From NCBI RefSeq assembly GCF_009914755.1, contig NC_060941.1: DNA of 64,000 nucleotides; one strand, written 5' to 3'. Under the pieces are notes generated by a model. It had not been told where the DNA came from and made no database searches. It saw only the letters and a program-made list of their open reading frames with translations. This document shows, piece by piece, positions 37,040-64,000 of the stretch; within the stretch, counting starts at the first letter, position 1; each line of letters opens with the position of its first letter. The DNA is from the human T2T-CHM13v2.0 reference genome, Homo sapiens. The position numbers and the translations under genes are program-made.

Positions 37040-38101
37040 GTAAGGCTTGTTCCTTTTGCAAAGGGCCACAAGATACTGTCCCTCTGAGAAACTTATGAGG
37101 GGGAAATTTGCAAATCCACAGAGAGCTGCCCTCAGCCGAGCAGAGGCAGTGGTTGGGGAGGCCGCCACACTCTTCCTGACTCACCTCAAGGTACCTGGCA
37201 GGTTGTATCTACCAGCAAGTGCCTGCCTGCAGGGCCACCTCTGGATGAGTGGGGAGGCCAGGTTTGCCCCTCAACCTGTCTAGCTTTTTCACAGGGTGGA
37301 TGTTTTACACCTCTGGTATTCTTCCAGTCTGAACTCAATCCCATCCCCCAACCAATTAGGCAGGTTGTAAATGACTGCTGGGTGCTTGATGAACCAATCT
37401 GCCTGAGTTAGGAACTCTTCCTAACCCACATAAAGTATTTGACCCTACCTGACCATTTACTGCATGACCCCCATGCTTAGCCTCTCTGGACCAGTTTCTG
37501 GTCAGTCATACCTCACCGGCGCAATACGAAGATTCAATGAATGAAAACGTAAGTAGTTTGTGCCCTTTCTATGTGGGATGACTGAAAGGAGCTTACCAAG
37601 CCATGATGACTTTGGAACATGACTATAGTTTGTTTGATTCTTATATCAATCCTGTGAGACAGGCAGGTCTCACACTATCAACACCAATTTACAGATTAGA
37701 AAACTGAGACTGAGAGTGGTTAAGGGACTTTGCCAAGTCTGTCAATTCTTGACTGACAGAGCTGGAACCAGGTCTCTAAACTCCCAATACAGTAATTCCT
37801 GTCTCCTTTACTTCCTTTGGCTTTGAGGTAGCCAGATCTCAACCTCTAGCAGCCAACCTTTTTCTGGTAGGGCACACCGCAGGGTAGAGGGTAGCCAGCC
37901 AGGTCTTCTATGGCCCTTTTACTCGTTCTAGCTGCAAGAATCATGGGCACAGGGCAGCTTTAGTGCCACAGAAACACGTGGCAATGCTGTGGCCACTGTC
38001 CTGCCCTGCCCTGAGCCACAGGGTAGAGGGAGGATGCTCAGGGGAAAATCTGGCTGGAGGCCTCAAGGCTTATCACTTCACCCTGTCTCCTCTCCATCCA
38101 G

Positions 38102-38235
38102 GGTGCTCTGTGCTCACGCTTCAGTCTGTGAATGTGCTGCGCAAGTACATCTCCCTTCTGGATCTGCCCTTGTCTCTGCTTCATACGCAGGATGTCCTCT
38201 TCGTGCTCAACAGCAAAGAAGTGGCACAGGCCAAG
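38102..38235 (+). CDS. PIGL: PIGL coding exon 6 (134 nt): (G)[44 protein letters not shown]
   Basis: tctccatccag| ... |gtgagg; translation matches PIGL. Confidence 0.98.
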
Positions 38236-38617
38236 GTGAGGATTGTAAATTCCTGGACACCCCAACTCAGATCCCTGCCCCAGACCCCCTGTCTCCTCAA
38301 AGCCCCACCTCTGCAGAAGCCCTAACTGAAGGTTTTTCACAGTGGTTCAGCACCTGTCCCTGAGAATTAGGGCTAGGCCAGCTAGATCTTGGGAGGCATA
38401 GATTTTTCAATGACTTTAGCCTTTTTTTTCTAATTATAAAAATAATATATGCTTTTTCTAAAAGTAAATAACACATGCTCATTGCAGAAAATCTTGAAAA
38501 ACATAAAAGCATCAAAAAGAAAATAAAAATAAGAACAATTACCTGCAGTCCCACCAATCACAGGTAATCCTTGTTAACATGTTGGGCTACATCTTTCTAC
38601 TCTTTTTTTTTTTTTGA

Positions 38618-38722
<105 letters not shown>

Positions 38723-39041
38723 TGAGTAGCTGGGATTACAGGCACCGCCACCACACCCGGCTAATTTTTTGTATTTTTAGTAGAGCTGGGGTTTCATCAT
38801 GTTGGCCAGGCTTGTCTCGACCTCCTGACCTCGGGTGATCCACCCACCTCGACCTCCCAAAGTGCAGGGATTACAGACATGATCCACTGTGCCCAGCCCT
38901 ACTCTTTATATATATATAATGTGTATGTGTATACACATTTCAAATGGGATCACACAGTGCCTATTTAAAACCAGCTTTGGCCAGGTGTGGTGGCTCATGC
39001 CTGTAATCATAGCACTTTGGGAGGCTGAGGCGGGCAGATCA

Positions 39042-39392
<351 letters not shown>

Positions 39393-39395
39393 CTA

Positions 39396-39545
<150 letters not shown>

Positions 39546-39755
39546 CTAGCCAAAAAAAAAAAAAAAAAAAAAAATCAAAACTATTTATTATGAACATTTT
39601 CTCCTATTTCATTTAGTATTCAAATACCAATGGCTGCCAATTACGCCACTGTATGTATATACCATAAGATATATCACGAATCCCTTACTGTTAGACATTT
39701 TGATTTGCCACTTTATCACTGTTATACATGGAGCGATGCTCCCAGCTTGAGTTTA

Positions 39756-40167
<412 letters not shown>

Positions 40168-40442
40168 CTAGGGAAAACTCTTAGCTGTCCATGGAACAGG
40201 TGACTGAGTGCCATCAGAGTTAGGGAGAGGGTGGGCTGAGGAGAATTATTCCTCAGTTTGTCTCCAGGTGCATCCCCCTGTAGACTTAAGCCCCCCACAG
40301 AGAGATGGGTAGCATAACAAGTGAAAGAACCAAGTCGGGGATTGTGGCTCGTGCCTGTAGTCTCAGCTGCTTGGGAGGTTGGGGTGGGAGGATGGCTTGA
40401 GCCCAGGAGTTTGTGTCTGCCCTGGGCAACACAGCTTTATTA

Positions 40443-40902
40443 GGAAAAAGGGAAGGGGAAGGGGAAAGGGAAGGGAGAGAGAGGAAGGAAGGGAGAAAGA
40501 GACAGAGAGAAGGAGAGAGTGAGAGAAAGAAAAGGAAGGAAGGAAGGAAGGAAGGAAGGAAGGAAGGAAGGAAGGAAAGGAGGGAGGAAGGGGAGGAGAG
40601 GGGAGGGGAGGGAGGGAGGAAGGGGAAGGGAAGGGAAGGAAGGAAGGGAAGCGAAGGAAGGAAGGGAAGGGAAGGAAGAAGGAAGGAAGAGAGAGAGGAA
40701 AGAAGGAAGAAAGAAAGAGAGGGGAGGGAGAGAAAAGGAGAGAGGAAGGAAGGGAGGGAGGGAAGGAAAGAAGGAAGGGAGGGAAGGAGGGAAGGAAGGG
40801 AGGAAACAAGGGAGGGAGGGAGGGAAAGCGGGAGAGAGAGAGAGAGAAAGAAAAGAAAAGAAGAAGGAAGGAAGGAAGGAAGAAAGGAAGGAAGGAAGGA
40901 AA
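40443..40902 (+). repeat. ~460-bp polypurine tract with (GGAA)11 at 40534-40577, grown from an Alu-monomer tail
   Basis: Almost only G/A on the + strand; follows the Alu monomer at ~40333-40440. Confidence 0.95.
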
Positions 40903-40972
40903 ATCTAAGAGAATAGAAACTCAGGATAATGATTTTGGTTTTGGGGTTTTTTTGTTTAGCTTTATTTTCTAA

Positions 40973-41426
<454 letters not shown>

Positions 41427-41429
41427 TAG

Positions 41430-41747
<318 letters not shown>

Positions 41748-41978
41748 TAGTAGACACGGGGTTTCGCCATGTTGGTCAGGCTGATCTTGAATTCCTGACC
41801 TCAGGTGATCCACCCGCCTTGGCCTTCCATAGTGCTGGGATCACAGGCGTGAGCCACCATGCCCGGCCCATATTTTCTAAATTTTCTACAGTAAACCTTT
41901 GTACCTAATAAGAGGCACTTTGCTAGGTACTGAGAGTGCAGTGTTGAGCACATATTAATTATCTTGTTTCTTCAATAG

Positions 41979-42392
<414 letters not shown>

Positions 42393-42395
42393 TGA

Positions 42396-42743
<348 letters not shown>

Positions 42744-42952
42744 TAACTTGAAAGGTTAGCTTTGTTTTCATTTTCAATCTTTAAAAAAAAAATACTTTAA
42801 TACTATTAATTTTCCTTGAAGTGTTTCTTTAGCTACACATGATAAGTTTTGATATGTAGTTCTCCTATTGTCATTTAATTATAAGTAATTTATAGACTCC
42901 ATTGTGAGTTCCCCTTTAATCTTTGAGGGTATAATTTACAGTTACAAACATG

Positions 42953-43546
42953 TGTCGATCTTCATTATTTGTAGTTCTATATTTATGAATGCACCTACTC
43001 ACTAAAATTCATTTGTAACTCCAAAGTCAGTGCTCGAAGTGCTTTTGTAGTCATTCGTGGACACTCGCAGAGGGGTGAAACATGAGTCACTGGATGCACA
43101 TATGCATGTTCCCAGCTGTTTCAGCTCTCCTACTGTAAAAAAATACCTTTTTGTGTATATTTAATGCCCCATTTTTCTCATTTTTGTGGTTTTTGTTGAT
43201 TTTGCTGTTTAAAATAGCCTCTAAGGATGATGCTGAGTGCTGTCTTGCATTCCTAAGCACAAGAGGCTGTAATGTGCCTTATGTGGGTTTGATCACAAGC
43301 ATGAGTTACAGTGCCATTGGCCATGAGTTCAGTGCTAATGAATCAACAACATGTATTTCATATGGAGTTTTTAAACAGAAATATACACAAAACAAGGTTA
43401 TATATTGACTGATTGATGAAAATATTGTGGCCAAAGGCTTGGAGGAACCCAACCCTGTATTTCCACTAGAAACAATGGTTCAGTATTCACTAATTCAGTG
43501 TTTTCAGTGACTTTGTAGAACTACCACAAATGAGAATGGCATGGCT
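42953..43546 (-). mobile_element. Tigger4 (Zombi)-like DNA transposon fragment
   Basis: gtcgatcttcattattt ... cctactcactaaaattcatttgtaactccaaa ... aacccaaccctgtatttcc resembles the recalled consensus. Confidence 0.7.
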
Positions 43547-43581
43547 GTGTGTGTATATGTGGTCTTTTTTTTTTTTTCTGA

Positions 43582-43884
<303 letters not shown>

Positions 43885-44304
43885 TAATTTATAATTTAAT
43901 TACTTTGTGGTCAGTGAATGGTTTTCGTAACACTGATCTTTTTTTTTTTTTTTTTTTTTGAGACAGAGTCTCGCTCTGTTGCCCAGGCTGGAGTGTAGTG
44001 GTAAGATCTCAGCTCACTGAAACCTCTGCCTCCTGGGTTCAAGTGATTCTCCTGCCTCAGCCTCCTGCGTAGCTGGGATTACAGACAGGCCGGCACCACC
44101 AAGCCTGGCTAATTGTTTTGTATTTTCAGTAGAGATGGGGTTTCACTATGTTGGCCAGGCTGGTCTTGAACTCCTGACCTGGTGATCTGCACAACTCAGC
44201 CTCCCAAAGTGATAGGATTACAAACATGAGACACCGTGCCCTGCCCAAAGCTGATATATTTGTTAGCAGATTATTTCTCTTATTTATTTATTTATTTATT
44301 TTGA

Positions 44305-44409
<105 letters not shown>

Positions 44410-44615
44410 TGAGTAGCTGGGGTTACAGGCGTGCACCACCATGCCCAGCTAATTTTGGATTTTTTTTTTTTTTAGTAGAGATAGGGTTTCACCATGTTGG
44501 TCAGGCTGGTCTCAAACTCCTGACCTCAAGTGATCCACCTGCCTCGGGCTCCCAAGGTGCTGAGGTTACAGGCATGAGCCATTGCGCCTAGCCAATTCGT
44601 CTTATTATCTTATAA

Positions 44616-44994
<379 letters not shown>

Positions 44995-45486
44995 TAGGGT
45001 CTGACAATGAATATAAAAGGGGTTATTTACATAAAAGTTTGTGAAGATATTAGCTTAGAGAGGCAAGTTAATTATGGTACTTAGAGATAAACAGGCACAT
45101 CCTTTTATGTATATCTAGTGAAGTCAGTTGCTGTAATCTATTCTGTTTAAAAACTGAACTATACTAGGTCTGAATAACAAGATAATGTACATTTCCCCTA
45201 GAAGATAGGAACGACAACTCACACCTGTGTGCCATTCCTTTTTTTCTTCTTCTGATAGTGATTGGACCTCCCCAAACGACCTAACTCAGAGGAATTTGGG
45301 CATAGTGTACTAGCTTTCTTCCCATGAAACATCCCTGTTTGTGTTGTATATTTGAGGTAGTAGCAACGTGATTAAGAATGTGGACTCTAACTGGCCAGGC
45401 GCGGTGGCTCACGCCTGTAATCCCAGCACTTTGGGAGGCCGAGGTGGGCAGATCACTAGGTCAGGAGATCGAGACTATCCTGGCTA

Positions 45487-45745
<259 letters not shown>

Positions 45746-46127
45746 CTACTAGCTGTTTGAGACTGACGAGTTTCCTCATCTATTTATTTTTTAAAAAACA
45801 GTAATAACAGTACTTGATTCACAGGGTTGTTAACATTGAGATGATGCATGTGGACTGTTCTGCCAGTTTTCTGGTATCCCATGGTGAGTGCTGTAGCTAC
45901 GGTGAGCATTGTGTGTTATAATCACAGGTAGTAGGAGATGGGAAAGCAGGGGCCATGACAGGAGGCCAATCCAGAGAGGTTCGTGGGTTACAGGAAGAAG
46001 ACAGATAAGGCTATAGCATGAAGCATATTAGTTCGAGGAAGGATTTAAGGTGCGGAGGCCAGATCTGAAAGTAATGAAACAACTCCAGTGCAACTGTTTC
46101 ATAACTGGTTCTCTTTGATTCTTCTAG

Positions 46128-46226
<99 letters not shown>

Positions 46227-46590
46227 AGCCTTGAAGGGTTTTCAGATCCAAGGAACAAAGGGGAAAATAGACAAAGGAGTGCAGAGGACCTGGCCTGGCA
46301 CTGGCTTATTTACCTGAGCTCAAGGAGATCCCCGCTGGAGCAGCCTCTGCAAAAGGGAGCCCATGTAGGCCAGGGGCTGTCCAAACTCCAGCTTCTTCCC
46401 CTGGGAAAAAACCCAAAGAACCAAAAACAAACCACCCCAAGGATAATAATAGCTACACTGCTAGCTTCTCAAGTTCTTGTGAAAAACAATTTACATAATG
46501 ACACAGTAGATGTGGAACACCTAGCCCAGTGCCTGGGCAGGTCCCTATTATCATAAATGAACATAAAAGTGCTCTAAAAACACTCCACAG
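46227..46590 (+). other. PIGL: PIGL 3' UTR; end approximate; only variant CATAAA signals at 46552-46557 and 46562-46567
   Basis: Follows the stop codon; no AATAAA seen in this stretch. Confidence 0.55.
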
Positions 46591-47678
46591 ATGTGACTTT
46601 TACATTGTTTCCAAAGCAGGTTCACCAAAAACACATACACAAAATGCAACAGTGTGTGTTGAATTGGTTCAATCATAATTCCTTTGATTTTTCTTGTATC
46701 AGAATGTGGGTCTAGGAAAAACTTGCTCTATTTAACAGGACAGCTCTGATTGAAGCATCCAAGTACAGGTCACTGGGGTGGGCACTGTTTTATACAGAGA
46801 CGATTACAAGAACTCTGCCTCAAAGAGCTTACAATCAAATATGTCAGCTCTCAGTCTTTTTGGAGAAGTAGGAAGTAGGAAGATAAATCTGAGACTTAAA
46901 AAAACACAAAACATTCAAGAACCTGATGTCTTAAAATTGTCCTACGAACAAAAGCTCTCTGAAAGCTCTGGCTTGGAAACTACTCTCAGAATCCAGCTAA
47001 CGCTCCAGGGAAGTGGCCTGAGTCAGGGAAGCTAAGTGGTGAAGAGCACAGGCTGGTAGTCCTGCGATTGAAGCCAGAATGACCAGCTGTGTAACCAAAG
47101 GCAAGGTGCTGAACCTTTCTCTGCCTCAATTCTCTCATCTGCAAAATGGGAAATAATAATGATCCCAACCTCAGAGAACTGAACAAGATAATACATGAAG
47201 GTGCATATCAAAGAGTCTCACATGCTCTGCTGGGTAAGTATGCCCTCCACCCGCCACAGGAAACACTGAATTGCTTCTCCATAGCTGCAGGTTAGAGACC
47301 TGCTTGTTCAGACACTCCACCTCAACTTGCCCTCCTTTGCTTAGTGTCACCATTATCTTGAATGCCTCCTAGGGGCCACATAAGACTAATAGAGCTATTA
47401 GGCTCTGAAGCCGGAATCAAAAATGCAAATCTGGTTATGTGATTTGTCTACTTAAACTTTGTCAATAGCTCCTAATAGCCTTCATGTGAAAATGTGACCA
47501 GAAGCACGTTACTAACACTGGCTAGAGTGCAGTAGGAGAGTGTGGTAGGACAGGCTGACCTCTGCCCTGTTACTAGGAAGACAGACACTCACCCAGCCTT
47601 TCTGAACAGCAACTCTGCTAAGAGCTTTTAAAATATGCATATTCTATGACCTAAGGAATACTTAGAAAATCAAAATTA

Positions 47679-62760
<15,082 letters not shown>

Positions 62761-62859
62761 GGCAAACATCTTGATAGTGCTGAGTACATATCTGCTATTA
62801 ATCGACTGGCCTCAGAAGCAAATCACAGTACAAAAGAAATGATAAACCAAAGTGACTGC

Positions 62860-62881
62860 TTTAATGTTAAAAATATTTATT
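62860..62881 (-). terminator. CENPV: CENPV poly(A) signals AATAAA (62876-62881) and ATTAAA (62860-62865); 3' UTR about 62840-63139
   Basis: TTTATT and TTTAAT on the + strand, about 260-280 nt past the stop. Confidence 0.8.
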
Positions 62882-63139
62882 TTTTTTCCTAAAAGATCAC
62901 ACAAAAGTTGGGAAGAGAAGGATGTCAATTAGACTACATCAAAATCTGGGCAGAGGGAGGACAAAGAGCTGCCTAAAGAAACTGGTAGCTGGAGCAAACT
63001 GCAGAGATCAAGATGACCCTAGTCAACGGAACCAGCAGCCCAGGTCAGCCACATTCAGGAGCACCACCGAGGCACGGCAGGGAGAGCAAAGTTGCTGGCC
63101 CCAATCATTCCTCCTTTTCAGGGCAGGAGAGGCAGAAGC

Positions 63140-63364
<225 letters not shown>

Positions 63365-63686
63365 CTACACATTAGGGCTTCCAAAGGATATGCCACAGCT
63401 TATGGCTTCAGTGATGAGACCCACAGGCTGCCAGCTGGCTCGGAAAGCACTGGCTCCAGCCTACCGCTTCAGCCCTCTGACTCACTTTCCTCAACTGCCA
63501 GATGGGAATCACACTCCCTGAGCCAGGTTTGGCCAAGGCTAGACAACATTCAATACCAAGTTGAGAGTACAACATGCAGAAAGGCACAGCCCAGAGCAAT
63601 CTCTGACTGGCAGCCTAAAGAATTCACAGGCCTTTCCTGTGTTTAGATAGATAACTTTCTTTCCTTTTTTTTCAGATGGAGTTTAG

Positions 63687-63833
<147 letters not shown>

Positions 63834-64000
63834 TAGTAAAGATGGGGTTTCTCCATGTTGGTTAGGCTGGTCTCGAACTCCCAACCTCAGGTGAGCCACC
63901 ATGCCTGGCCTCAGATAGATAACTTTCTAAGAATTAAATGTCTTCCCATTTGCACAGGATTTCATACTTTTCAACTCTTTCCTGTTCTGCAAGGTAGACA

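Overview
Human-like (primate) genomic DNA that I recognise as the PIGL-CENPV interval of 17p11.2. The + strand carries PIGL coding exons 3-7 (GPI anchor GlcNAc-PI de-N-acetylase) and the intronic MIR1288 hairpin. The - strand carries the last exon of CENPV at the right end. The rest is very Alu-dense, with an LTR8, MER1B, MER20, Tigger4, old L1 fragments and one SVA. Nearly all ORFs in the supplied track are Alu, SVA or low-complexity artefacts. Three observations go beyond this annotation. (1) Decayed exon-like blocks lie antisense in PIGL introns 2-3 in the order leader - V-set Ig - C1-set Ig - Lys-containing TM - tail, with locally paralogous copies; I infer a fossil cluster of non-rearranging V(J)-C1 Ig-superfamily receptor genes. 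This is read by eye through frameshifts and is unverified. (2) The SVA has a 16-bp TSD enclosing a ~160-bp 3' transduction. (3) An AluJ at 28.3-29.6 kb is split by direct and inverted templated insertions, a template-switching scar. Gene and repeat names come from recall, not from database searches.
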